DNA of 64,000 bases from Promethearchaeota archaeon (GTDB lineage: Archaea > Asgardarchaeota > Lokiarchaeia > Sigyniarchaeales > SOKP01): NCBI GenBank assembly GCA_018238625.1, contig JABCSY010000005.1, positions 16,746-80,745 of the forward strand, given 5' to 3'. Numbering within the stretch: position 1 is the stretch's first letter; each line of letters begins with the position of its first letter. The translations under genes and the position numbers were made by a program. Positions 39,496 to 49,742 of the stretch are shown piece after piece. Under the pieces are notes generated by a model. The model did no database searches. It saw only the letters and a program-made list of their open reading frames with translations, and was not told the origin of the DNA.

Positions 39496-39731
39496 TATAA
39501 TAATTTCTTGTGAAGTTCGAGCTTTAGCTCATTTTCTTAATAGTGTTTTCATACTTTTTAGTACTATAATCATCAAATTTGACGAATCTTTGATCATATA
39601 TCAAGACATTTAGGAGTCTGACATATAAAGATTGGACTCCTTTAACAATTTAAAATGATGTAATGAAAAAGTATTATAATTTACTATCAAGTAAAACTAT
39701 AATTTGCAATAAAAAATAAACATTAAAAATT

Positions 39732-41126
39732 TTGATGAATAACATGAATGAAACTATTTTACAAAATTTCGAACAAGAAACAATAGATGAACGTAAGTCG
39801 AATTATTTTCAAATAGATTTTCTGAAAGCATTAATGATTTTCTTAGTAATCTTCGATCATTTCGTAGCTTGGACGATTAAAAGTGAAATTGGTGTCGCAT
39901 TATGGGAACGGATTTCTATTCCAGTATTTTTGGTGGTCATGGGGTTTAACATGGGATTATCGTTTAAAGGAAAGGAGAATTTATCATTAAAAGAATTATA
40001 TTCCTGGAGTTATTTCAAGAAAAAATTCTTACGCTTTGTTGTTCCTTTTCTTATTTTGTACGCAGTGTCAACGTTTATTGGTTTGTTTATGTATGGATTC
40101 GATTTTATAGCAATGTATGATAATCAATATTACCCGAATCACGGTATTATTAACTTGTTTTATTTGATAATGCCTTTTTGGGGACCAGGTAATTGGTTCA
40201 TTCCCGTTTTACTTCAATCAATTCTGGTCATACCATTACTATATTGGGGATTTACTAAAAAACCTGTACTGACGTTAATACTAACCTTTATCGTTGAAAT
40301 TGCTATGCAAATTACAGTATTTTTCTTTATTGGAGATATCTATATTGGAGGGATAATATCTTGGGAAAAAGTACATATCTTATCATTGTTTATGAATAGT
40401 ATCTTATTCTATATTTCTGCAGTCGGTTTGGGTATGTGGTTTTCTTTTGGTCATAAACTTACAATTAAAAGAAATTGGTTTATGTGGATAATATCTTCAA
40501 TTAGCTTAGTATATATTATAGCTTACCAATTTTTAAACTTACGATTGAGGCTCGATGGTATTCCACTTTTAAGAGGTGATTATCATTTCTTAGTTTTTCC
40601 TTATTCTGCTATGCTTGTTTTGCTAGCACTCCGGTTTTTACCCCAAAAATCTGACTGGCGTATTTCAAAGTCTATCTCTTTGATTGGTAAATCGACATAT
40701 CACATATTGCTAACCCAAATCCTAGGATATGGGATGATTACTGCTTGGTGGGGGACTCACTACGGAATGGACGTCCCTTTCAATCCCTTTGACTTAATAG
40801 ATTTAGTAACGCTATGGATTATCTTTATTGGTTTTGGTATACTCTGGTATAAAATTGATCGTCAAGAAGATCTAATTAGAAGAATTTTGTATTATTTCAA
40901 CTTTTTCATTGTGTTTGTTTCAATGCTTTTTTTATCTTTCTGGATGCAAGGCTTCTGGGTGCCAATACCTCTTATGATCATTAATATCTACGCAATCGCA
41001 GCTTTGATTATTCATTATGTCATTAAAAAATCGTTAACTACACCTATACTAAGCGTGTGTACGGGATTTCTCGTGATAAACTTTATTTTGGTGATCCTTC
41101 AAGTCGGAGTTACTTTACCAAGCTAA
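39732..41126 (+). CDS. acyltransferase family 3 (membrane O-acyltransferase)
   Basis: IDFLKALMIFLVIFDH, IPVFLVVMG, KKFLRFVVP, WFI, IGKSTYHI. Confidence 0.85.
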   Translation: MMNNMNETILQNFEQETIDERKSNYFQIDFLKALMIFLVIFDHFVAWTIKSEIGVALWERISIPVFLVVMGFNMGLSFKGKENLSLKELYSWSYFKKKFLRFVVPFLILYAVSTFIGLFMYGFDFIAMYDNQYYPNHGIINLFYLIMPFWGPGNWFIPVLLQSILVIPLLYWGFTKKPVLTLILTFIVEIAMQITVFFFIGDIYIGGIISWEKVHILSLFMNSILFYISAVGLGMWFSFGHKLTIKRNWFMWIISSISLVYIIAYQFLNLRLRLDGIPLLRGDYHFLVFPYSAMLVLLALRFLPQKSDWRISKSISLIGKSTYHILLTQILGYGMITAWWGTHYGMDVPFNPFDLIDLVTLWIIFIGFGILWYKIDRQEDLIRRILYYFNFFIVFVSMLFLSFWMQGFWVPIPLMIINIYAIAALIIHYVIKKSLTTPILSVCTGFLVINFILVILQVGVTLPS

Positions 41127-41254
41127 TTACTTTTCAATAAATTCTCTCTTTTTTTTTGTTTCTTTATTTTTAAAATCGAGTGAAATCTAAAAGATTTGAA
41201 AGATCAATGATGCAATCTTTTGTTGAGATTAGACGACTTCCTTATAAAGATAGC

Positions 41255-41524
41255 TTATAGCTTTCTCAACTTTTTAATTTTTTCTTTATTGATTCGTCTT
41301 ATATCCTTCTTTAACTTTAAAATGGAAGCATTCAACTCCATTCTTTTTACCTTTAATGAAGAAATGTTTGAGTTATAAATTTTTTTTGATTCATGTTTTA
41401 TTCGTTGTTCGATTTGGTTTAATTCCTTATGCTTTGCTGCTAGTTTTGACTCTAATCCTTTTAACTTTTTATGGTATTCAGCCTGAATTTTATTAACCAA
41501 ATTGGATTTTGAGGAATCAGTCAT
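41255..41524 (-). CDS. small basic coiled-coil protein, paralog of 31049-31318
   Basis: same length, colinear similarity. Confidence 0.7.
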   Translation of the reverse strand: MTDSSKSNLVNKIQAEYHKKLKGLESKLAAKHKELNQIEQRIKHESKKIYNSNISSLKVKRMELNASILKLKKDIRRINKEKIKKLRKL

Positions 41525-41588
41525 AATGCAAACCGAATTTCAATTTAACTTTAGTAAAAGATTTTCATAAATTAATTTAGGATTATTA

Positions 41589-41636
41589 TAAATATAGAAT
41601 TTTCTAAATATAGTATTTTCTAAATATAGAATTTTC
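41589..41636. repeat. 3 x 16-bp tandem repeat TAAATATAG(A/T)ATTTTC
   Basis: read directly; lies in the upstream region of 41255-41524. Confidence 0.85.
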
Positions 41637-41965
41637 TTTAAAAGGTTGGAAATTGATGTGAAGTAATGTAATCAGGTTTGGTTGACATCTTAATTAATTT
41701 CTATCGTCTAATCTATAATATTAATCCAATATTAAGTGTGTGGAGATGATTAGCGCTAGATTAGGTGATGCTAATATCTCTTCAAAATGAAAAGAACCAC
41801 TATAAGATCCTTTTTCTACATAAGTAAAAGGGCACAAAAAATGGAGAAGCTCTGAATTGGAGCTAAGAATAGCTAATGTGGGAGAAAAAATTGATCAATT
41901 TTATTCTAAAAAAAGTCAAAATTAGGAGAAATCTGCTTGGTTTTTTATCTTAAAAAATAATAAAT

Positions 41966-42445
41966 TTACTTCTTTTCTTTAATTAAATCATCTCCTAAGA
42001 ACTTATGAACGAATTCAAGAGCACTTTTGTTATCCTCCCAGGTGAGTAAATCCATAGCTTCTTCGTATTTACACCATTTCCAACGGTCGTGTTCAATAAG
42101 ATCAATTTGAGGTGGACCTGGTTCATTTAGCTTAGCAATAAAAAGATATTCAGGGATTTCTTTAGTGTCCTCCGGATAGATGTCTTTCCATTTATCTTGC
42201 ATTGGGATTATGTAAGATATGTCTGTTTTAATTAGTGTAAAAGATTTATAGCCCGTTTCTTCGAATAACTCTCTTTTGGCGCCTTCAGAGATAGTTTCGT
42301 TACCTTCAGGGGCTCCAGTAACTCCTTGCCAAACGCCCCCTCGGCTTATTAATCTTTTTAGCATTAAATACTCCCAACCATTGGGGGTTTTTCTAACGGG
42401 ATAGACTAACACCTGTATAGGAATTCTCATTTTTTTCACTAACAC
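41966..42445 (-). CDS. NUDIX hydrolase (NudB-like)
   Basis: WQGVTG, Nudix box E...GAKRELFEETG, EH..WKW. Confidence 0.88.
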   Translation of the reverse strand: MLVKKMRIPIQVLVYPVRKTPNGWEYLMLKRLISRGGVWQGVTGAPEGNETISEGAKRELFEETGYKSFTLIKTDISYIIPMQDKWKDIYPEDTKEIPEYLFIAKLNEPGPPQIDLIEHDRWKWCKYEEAMDLLTWEDNKSALEFVHKFLGDDLIKEKK

Positions 42446-42459
42446 TTATATTATTATTT

Positions 42460-43455
42460 TTATACTCGAGCTGTTTTACGATTTACCAAAATAATTCCTA
42501 CTATAACTAATAATAAAGCAAATGGATAAACAAAAACATCGAACTGTTCTTGTAAAAATAAAGCAGAAAATAATACTCCAAATAAGGGAACCAACGCTTG
42601 AAATATTGCCGCTCTACTAGCATTTAAACGTTTAACACCTTCTAAGTAGAATGTGTACGCTACGATCGTAGAAAGAAATGCGAGATACGAGATACCAATC
42701 CACACTCGAGGGGGAATGGTTAAGTAAGTTGCTGGAATTATGAATTCTGGATTAATAATTAATGCTATAGGAGTAGTTATCAAAAATCCAAATAAAGAAA
42801 TCCAAGTCATGATCCAGATAGAGCTTGGTTGATAGGATTCAGCGTTTTCGCGAGTTTTATTTAGGAAAAATCGAGAAATTACCGTATAAATTGCGTAAGC
42901 CAATGCTGCTAATAGTATCATAATATCCCCAAGAATTCGATTCTCAACATTTACATTCGGAGAAAACCCCACAACAATGGTTACTGCTGTGAATGCTAAT
43001 AACGAGCCAAACATCTTTCGCCACGCAAATCGCTCAGTTTTTAAGAAAGAACTTGAAAGAATAACCACCCAAACTGCGTTTGTTGCGATCATAATACTCG
43101 CATCACTAGCACTGGTAAGTAACTCCCCTGTTAAATAACCCGCTTGATAGATTGTCACTGATAATAATCCCATTATAGCTAAAATCTTCCAGTGCTCTTT
43201 AGCGAACTTCCAATTTAAAGTTCCTTCCTTAAATCTAAGAATAAGAAAAAAACATATGACAGCTAGGAAATATCGAATCACTGCAATCATAAAGGGAGGG
43301 ATAGTCGCTCCTCCAACTTCTTCTGAGACTAACCATCTCCCTAATGGCCACGAGCCCCCCCAAATAATAGAAGTTACGATCATTAATATATATGCAACGA
43401 TTTCCTGCTTTCTATTAGCATCGGGGGTCGAATCCACCTTTTTTTCACTCCTCAA
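42460..43455 (-). CDS. DMT/EamA transporter
   Basis: IWGGSW, duplicated five-TM repeats, LFLQE. Confidence 0.9.
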   Translation of the reverse strand: MRSEKKVDSTPDANRKQEIVAYILMIVTSIIWGGSWPLGRWLVSEEVGGATIPPFMIAVIRYFLAVICFFLILRFKEGTLNWKFAKEHWKILAIMGLLSVTIYQAGYLTGELLTSASDASIMIATNAVWVVILSSSFLKTERFAWRKMFGSLLAFTAVTIVVGFSPNVNVENRILGDIMILLAALAYAIYTVISRFFLNKTRENAESYQPSSIWIMTWISLFGFLITTPIALIINPEFIIPATYLTIPPRVWIGISYLAFLSTIVAYTFYLEGVKRLNASRAAIFQALVPLFGVLFSALFLQEQFDVFVYPFALLLVIVGIILVNRKTARV

Positions 43456-43539
43456 TGTGATAGTTTATAACTATAATTATGATAAAATAAAGTTTTAGTT
43501 AAATTGAAATTAAAAGAAAGCATCCTAAAATAGATAATT

Positions 43540-44286
43540 ATGGTTGCTAAAATTGTAGACGATTTTTACATCAGAAAGAAATCGAAATTCATGAGAAGTT
43601 TTAACGAACGTTTAGCCGTAGTAAATGAAGAACTTCGCAAGAAATTTGATGACAAGAAGTCTGAAGAACTTATGAGTCAAATGAAAGCGGAATTCGAGAA
43701 AATTTTACCGGATATTCCCTATATTGGTGGGCAAAAAAACCCTACTACTTTAGTACTCGTTAAATGCGTGTCTGATCTCGCAATATTTCGCATATTAGAG
43801 AAAATAGGATTTTCGTTCAAAGAAATAGGGGAGTTTCATTACAATTATGTAATGGCGGCCCTTAAACTTAGAAAAGAAGCTTTAGAAAAGGCGGGTAGAG
43901 ATCCATCGCAATACCCTTTCGATCCCGTATACATGGATTACCAAAAAAAATTAACTGAAGAAACCCAAATGAAGCTCTATCCAGACGATTGGGTAATGGA
44001 TTTCATAGAGAGAGAGGGAGATTCTTTTGAATGGGGTTGGGACATTACGGAGTGTGGAGTACAAAAAGCATTCAAAAAGCTGGGTGATGAGAAATACCTT
44101 CCATTCATTTGTTTAGGAGACCACTATGAAGCTGAAGGTTTAGGATTTGGCTTTTCTCGTACTCAAGCTCTTGGATTTGGTGCTCCGTTCTGTACGCATA
44201 GGTTTGTAAAAAATTACAAAACGCCTAGTGCTTGGCCACCTTATGATTTGGAAGAATTTGATTCTAAATATTTTCAAGAAAAATAA
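43540..44286 (+). CDS. ATC-hydrolase-like (L-2-amino-thiazoline-4-carboxylate hydrolase family) protein
   Basis: DITECG, ICLGD, RTQALG.GA..CT.RF three-Cys pattern. Confidence 0.75.
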   Translation: MVAKIVDDFYIRKKSKFMRSFNERLAVVNEELRKKFDDKKSEELMSQMKAEFEKILPDIPYIGGQKNPTTLVLVKCVSDLAIFRILEKIGFSFKEIGEFHYNYVMAALKLRKEALEKAGRDPSQYPFDPVYMDYQKKLTEETQMKLYPDDWVMDFIEREGDSFEWGWDITECGVQKAFKKLGDEKYLPFICLGDHYEAEGLGFGFSRTQALGFGAPFCTHRFVKNYKTPSAWPPYDLEEFDSKYFQEK

Positions 44287-44308
44287 TAACAATTTCTTTT
44301 TTTAACGA

Positions 44309-44330
44309 TCGTGAAAGTGTGCTTTCACGA
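44309..44330. other. perfect 9-bp inverted repeat TCGTGAAAG-TGTG-CTTTCACGA
   Basis: read directly, 22 nt after the 44286 stop; may be a terminator or an operator. Confidence 0.55.
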
Positions 44331-44720
44331 ACTGTTGTTGTAGAAACTTCTATTGATAATTTAAAGCAACATTAGAAAATTAATCAAAATGTAAACTTTA
44401 ATTAAATATTGTCATAAATAAATGAAATGCTTTTTTAGATTAATCTAAATCTTTTTTATTATACTTAGAAATTTCATAAGAAAGTTCCGACAAAAAACTA
44501 ACTATGTTATTTAGGCGTTTTAAGTGTTAAATTAATTGTTCTATTGTTATATTTACAGAGTTCAGTAATCCGACTTATTTTTAATTTTTGTGTGTAAAAT
44601 CTTTTCCCATTTGTCGTAGGACATTTTAGAAAACCCGCAGAGATCCTTAACTTTTTAAATAAGTTCTATAACTATTACTGTAGTTTAAAATTTTTTGTAA
44701 AATTTCAATCGAGGAGACGC

Positions 44721-44972
44721 ATGTTTCTAAATTTTAACGTTGAAAGGGTTCAAATTGAGGAATTCAAACACCAACTACAGTGGTTTGAAAACGAATTTGA
44801 CGAAATATTTCAAAACAATTCTGTTAAACTCACTGAATACGAGAAAAATTTAGCTAATGCGCTGTTGAATAAGTTATCCGAGTCAATTAATCAATGTAAG
44901 GACGAAAAGCTTCTCTACGATTTAGTTTCGACCCTCAATTCTATCGAAAAAAAGCACCCTGAGTTGTTTTAG
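44721..44972 (+). CDS. small acidic helical hypothetical protein
   Basis: GAGGAG Shine-Dalgarno, 83-aa ORF. Confidence 0.7.
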   Translation: MFLNFNVERVQIEEFKHQLQWFENEFDEIFQNNSVKLTEYEKNLANALLNKLSESINQCKDEKLLYDLVSTLNSIEKKHPELF

Positions 44973-45120
44973 GCTTTTTTTTGCTTATTATCTAATTTTG
45001 TATAAGTATTATTTCGCTATATATTTTTGATTTGTAAAAATTTGGTCCTTATTGTTTTTTATTTATTTACGTAAATGTTATTGTAACCAAAAAAATAAAT
45101 TTTGGTCAAAGTGAAATCTA

Positions 45121-48100
45121 ATGAAAAAAATGAAAAAAAGATTAAATTTAATTTTTTTAATAACTATAATTGCTGGAAGTTCGATTACTTTTTTGAGTTT
45201 AATCAATAACCCTATTTTTGACATTGAAAAAGATTCAGAAGTTAATCAAGAAAAGGAGAAAAATGAGGATGTCTTTAATCCAGAAACATCTACACCTGAT
45301 TGGGGTTCTATTGATAAACCTCAACCATTAGTAGCTGGCACTCAAGATAACACATGGGATGAAACTAATCTAAGGAATAACGATAGTCTAGTGGACTCTA
45401 CAAATTTTGCTCAAGGTAGTAGCTATTCTCTTCTTAGAGATACTTGTAACCCTTGTACGGTTCCCAGTTATACTGGAGAATATGGAAGCACCCCTGACGG
45501 ACTATGGTGGTTTACGGACGCATATAAAGACGACGATGGAGATTACCTTTTCCTTAGAGCTACCAGGGGGATTTTTTTTAATGAAAATGAATACCCTGGA
45601 TGGATACATATGACATGGGGCGAATATGCACCTATACCTGAGGAAATATGTCCTCATATATATTCTATATCAATTGATTATGAAGTGTGGGTAGACTCCT
45701 CTCCAGGAATCTTAGATGAGTCAACTGACCTTAATCTTTGGGTATGGGCTGATCGTTACAGCCCATTGCTCTTGATCCATCAAATATATACAATAGAAGC
45801 AACACCAGCTCATAGGAATCATTATGAAGATACTTGGACTATTACTTCCGGACCAGTCTTTGATTGGGTTAAAGGTGGTGGCTTTATAAAGCATGTTAGT
45901 GTACAAATGTATTGCAATGAAGAAATTGGAACTTATACTTGGCTTAATGTTGACTATATTAAAATCAATTATAATTACTATAAATTTGACGTTGATTTTG
46001 AATATGTGCTAGATTACGGAACTACTGATTTAGATTTTGTAACAGAATTTGAATTACAAATTGATATGGAGGAAACAGTCCCATTTGCAACTGCCTATCT
46101 GTTTGATTATGGTTTGTCTGCATATATAGAAGTTGGATTTGTTCAATCTATAGGATTAAATACAATTCTAATCAATACAGATGCAGATCACTATTTTGAC
46201 AGTTCTGGTGAGATGAAATTAAAAATAGCTAGATATGACTATCATGATGAGTGGCCGTCTTCGGGTTATCAAATCAAGGTTGATATGGTAAAGGTCAATA
46301 TACTACCTCCAGATCCCCCGCCGAATGTAGAAGTCGATCAAGGGATACACCATATTTACTTAACATGGGATACACCCGAAGATTACGGTGTTCCAATCAC
46401 GCATTATACTGTTTATAGGGGCTTAGTTGAAGGGGGTGTTAAAGACTTTCTTGGAACAACAACTACAAATTATTATAATGATACTACAGCTACAATTAAT
46501 GTTAGATATTATTACGTTATTAGCGCCACTAACATTGTTGAAGAAGGCGCAAATAGTTCAGAAGTGTCAGGTAAGGCTTATGATCAACCATTCATAGAAT
46601 TTTTAGACCCAATAGACGGTGATACAATTATATTTCCTTATAATAAAACTGATCAGTTTGCGCATTGGGTAATGTTCGATTTTAAATATGATTGGGTTGA
46701 ACTTGATGACGCGGAACTAGTTATAGGTGTAATTAATCATGGAAGTGTGTGGGATAAAAATCGCACATTGATTTTTCCATACCAAGATGGTCCTGTTACA
46801 GTAACTTTAAACGGTTACAATAATAGTATTTTAGTAGCATCCCATATAATTAGTCTTACATTTGTAAGAATAGAATTTGAAATAGAAGAGATGCTTGATT
46901 TTGGAACAGAAATACATGGTGATAAGCTTTATTTGATTCTTCATGACCCACACGGAGATCAAAGTTATTCTGGTTTTACTGAAACTTCTACATTATCTAT
47001 AGGTTTTGGTTATAAAATTACAAACGAAATAGCTGGCCACATAGCTATAGGTGCAGAATTCGATCTTTTTGGTGTAGAGCTTGGAGCATCTATAGAAACT
47101 ACCACTACAGAAACTGAAGAAGAGGGCTTTGATTTTCGATTAGAAATGACAGAGACTACATCCATTACATCCAATAAATTAGGCGATAATCCTGATTATA
47201 TCGGACCTGGTTATGGAGATATATATTGGGGTGAGTCGTGGATCTATAAATGGGTGCTTAATGCAACTTACAGAGAATATTCAAATAATACAGAAGTTTA
47301 TGAAGAACCAAGATTACTATATGGAATTCTTCGCGGTGTAGAAACGCTCGCAAGTGATGTCGATGCTCCACAAGAGTGGAGAGATCAGAATCCGATTCAT
47401 AATGATTGGGTAGATGTCTCATGGGGATCTCCGTTATATTGTACTGGAGGTAGTGAAAAAACAGCACTCTTTGAAGTTTCAGGTACTCTAACAAGAACAC
47501 ACTCGTTTACTGTAACAGTAGAAGCAGCAGCAGCAGCGAGTATCGGTATTGCTAATTTTGGCCTTGAAGGTTCAATAGAAATAACAGAAGCTACGAAATC
47601 CTACTCTGAAGTATCTTTAGGTCATAGTTCTGCTACTAGTTATCGAGTTTTTGACAATGAAAATACAGATAGAATTGTTCAAGGGGTAGGAATTGATAAT
47701 CGCTTTGGTACTTATATCTTCAACTCATCTTCGTTATTTTGTGAAACTTCCCAACCACTTGAACATAATACATTTGATTACATTCCTCCTGAAATTAGGT
47801 TCCCATACATCGATTATGATTCCAATAACGATTTCCAAGGACCCTGTTCTGATGATTCGCCTATAATTACAGTCGATTTATTTGATGAAGGTGGAATCCG
47901 AGAGGCTTTGATTAAATATTCTATTGATAATGGTAGTGGTTGGGATTTTGTCTATCTTATTGAAGACATTAATTTTGCAGGGACTTGGTCAGCGGCACTT
48001 CCAGTTCAAGAAGTAGACACTGAAGTACAATGGTATGTAATATGTTGGGATAACCAGGGTGCAAATTCTACTAAGAAGAATGGCACAGGAGAACCGTTTA

Positions 48101-48243
48101 AGTATACAGTAGTTAGTAAAGTACTAACACCCCCACCCGAAATTCCGGGATATCCATTAATGCCGATCGCTTACTTTAGTATTATCGCATTAATCTCAAT
48201 TATAATAGTCTTCCAAAAAAAACGACGTAAGTACTACCAATAA
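45121..48243 (+). CDS. large surface protein with Fn3 domain, beta-hairpin-rich region and IPGY (Loki-CTERM-like) anchor
   Basis: PDPPPN..LTW..P.D.G..ITHYTVYR..YYYVISATN (Fn3); EIPGY-TM-KKRRK. Confidence 0.8.
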   Translation: MKKMKKRLNLIFLITIIAGSSITFLSLINNPIFDIEKDSEVNQEKEKNEDVFNPETSTPDWGSIDKPQPLVAGTQDNTWDETNLRNNDSLVDSTNFAQGSSYSLLRDTCNPCTVPSYTGEYGSTPDGLWWFTDAYKDDDGDYLFLRATRGIFFNENEYPGWIHMTWGEYAPIPEEICPHIYSISIDYEVWVDSSPGILDESTDLNLWVWADRYSPLLLIHQIYTIEATPAHRNHYEDTWTITSGPVFDWVKGGGFIKHVSVQMYCNEEIGTYTWLNVDYIKINYNYYKFDVDFEYVLDYGTTDLDFVTEFELQIDMEETVPFATAYLFDYGLSAYIEVGFVQSIGLNTILINTDADHYFDSSGEMKLKIARYDYHDEWPSSGYQIKVDMVKVNILPPDPPPNVEVDQGIHHIYLTWDTPEDYGVPITHYTVYRGLVEGGVKDFLGTTTTNYYNDTTATINVRYYYVISATNIVEEGANSSEVSGKAYDQPFIEFLDPIDGDTIIFPYNKTDQFAHWVMFDFKYDWVELDDAELVIGVINHGSVWDKNRTLIFPYQDGPVTVTLNGYNNSILVASHIISLTFVRIEFEIEEMLDFGTEIHGDKLYLILHDPHGDQSYSGFTETSTLSIGFGYKITNEIAGHIAIGAEFDLFGVELGASIETTTTETEEEGFDFRLEMTETTSITSNKLGDNPDYIGPGYGDIYWGESWIYKWVLNATYREYSNNTEVYEEPRLLYGILRGVETLASDVDAPQEWRDQNPIHNDWVDVSWGSPLYCTGGSEKTALFEVSGTLTRTHSFTVTVEAAAAASIGIANFGLEGSIEITEATKSYSEVSLGHSSATSYRVFDNENTDRIVQGVGIDNRFGTYIFNSSSLFCETSQPLEHNTFDYIPPEIRFPYIDYDSNNDFQGPCSDDSPIITVDLFDEGGIREALIKYSIDNGSGWDFVYLIEDINFAGTWSAALPVQEVDTEVQWYVICWDNQGANSTKKNGTGEPFKYTVVSKVLTPPPEIPGYPLMPIAYFSIIALISIIIVFQKKRRKYYQ

Positions 48244-48530
48244 AATTTAATTCTATTTAAAAATCTTTTTTTTTTATTTATTGTCTAGCTGTTAAATAAA
48301 TATTTATATTAATTAAAACAAGAGTAATTATATCTTTAGGTTTAAGACAATTTAGACTTTGTAGAACTTTGCTATCAACTTTCGGTTGTGTTATTGATAG
48401 AATTTCATTTAAATTGTTAAAAATTAATGAAGTATTACTTGAATGGTATTCTTTTTTTTTTATATAGAGTTGATATTAATATTAATAAATGAGCTAGTGT
48501 AATTTATAATTAGGAACAAAATATAACGCA

Positions 48531-48932
48531 GTGATCTTCATGGAATTAGACGAAATTAAAAACAAAGAGATTATCGAAAGCATAAATAAACACTTAACTA
48601 TGCGAGATAACGACAAAGCTCTGGTCATCGTAAACGATTTATTGGATAAGGACCCTTCCAACGAGCAAGCTTGGCTCTATTTAGGGATTGTCAACCGCCG
48701 TCTGGGTAAGTTGGGCGATGCGATTAAGTGTTTTGAAACTGCTGTAGATCTAAACTCTACTTTAATAGAAGCTTGGGGGCTACTAACTGTTACATATATT
48801 GATATGGGAGATGTGAAATTAGCGGAAGACATCATGGAAAAAGCAGTAGAATTTAACCCTCTTGACGAGAAAATTCAATTTTATTCCGACAATTTAATTC
48901 GCGTTTATGAAAAATTTGGACCCTTTTTCTAA
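48531..48932 (+). CDS. TPR protein
   Basis: DP.NEQAWLYLG..AIKCFE.A, EAWGLL..A...MEKAVEFNP. Confidence 0.88.
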   Translation: MIFMELDEIKNKEIIESINKHLTMRDNDKALVIVNDLLDKDPSNEQAWLYLGIVNRRLGKLGDAIKCFETAVDLNSTLIEAWGLLTVTYIDMGDVKLAEDIMEKAVEFNPLDEKIQFYSDNLIRVYEKFGPFF

Positions 48933-49227
48933 GAAAATGACATTTAAGGGAAAAACAACGATTGAAGGAAGAATCGTTGAAGTTAGGGGGGGCGAGAAGC
49001 GCATTTCTCGAGCCTACACTTATGGATATATGTCATTAACCGTTCGTGTCGATATATACATGTATTCCGTGTTAGTTAGTGCCTCAAAAATAAATTCCTA
49101 CGGATTTTTACCCCGCGTCGGTCATTATATTCGAGCGGAAGGGATCCGGTCGCCTTCTCAAGACGGTTACCACGATTACTCAATGAGCCATCTCTCGTCA
49201 CTTGAGCACATCGAACCTCCAAAGTAA
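48907..49227 (+). CDS. small OB-fold-like protein (likely start ATG 48937)
   Basis: IEG.IVEV..LPRVGHYIRAEG strand pattern. Confidence 0.55.
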   Translation: MKNLDPFSKKMTFKGKTTIEGRIVEVRGGEKRISRAYTYGYMSLTVRVDIYMYSVLVSASKINSYGFLPRVGHYIRAEGIRSPSQDGYHDYSMSHLSSLEHIEPPK

Positions 49228-49246
49228 TGTTTATACTATCTAAAAA

Positions 49247-49591
49247 TCAAGTTGTTACTTTTAAAACTTTTTTGCCGTTAGAATTAGCTAATTCCAACGT
49301 TTCTATCTGGTTGAAATTAGATTTGAAATAAGTCTTTTTTGTTTCTGAACCCAACAACGATGGACTATGTACTTTCATGCGTTTTTTGATGAAAAAATAT
49401 TTATCTATATAAGAGCCTATTGCCCAAATAATAATAATTCGCTGTTTTCTATTTTGAACTTGAAGACTCCACTTATTTTTGCATCTCGGAGAACAAAATC
49501 GATGTGTCTTAGTTTTTTGTGCTATATTCACGTGCTCTACTTTTTTTTTTTCAGAGTTGAATGATTCACCACAATACTTACATATCATCAT
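49247..49591 (-). CDS. TRASH/YHS-type metal-binding small protein
   Basis: CKYCG..HRFCSPRC. Confidence 0.65.
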   Translation of the reverse strand: MMICKYCGESFNSEKKKVEHVNIAQKTKTHRFCSPRCKNKWSLQVQNRKQRIIIIWAIGSYIDKYFFIKKRMKVHSPSLLGSETKKTYFKSNFNQIETLELANSNGKKVLKVTT

Positions 49592-49742
49592 AATACGAAG
49601 AAAATCCGTTATTGAGGGTGCTTTTGTTTTAATTATTTAATAAAATAGAGATATTTAAAAGAAAAAACACAATATTCCGTTTCTAAATAATAGTTTTTAG
49701 TTCTTTGTATTAAATTGATTCGAATAATTGCAGAAAGGATCT

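Noticed and set aside
41589-41636. 16-bp repeats as CRISPR or iterons
   Set aside because: Head-to-tail with no spacers and no rep gene nearby
41746-41925. Possible decayed gene (MISARLG..ELRIANVGEKIDQF)
   Set aside because: Three in-frame stops (TGA, TAA, TAA) and no recognisable family; not evidence of recoding
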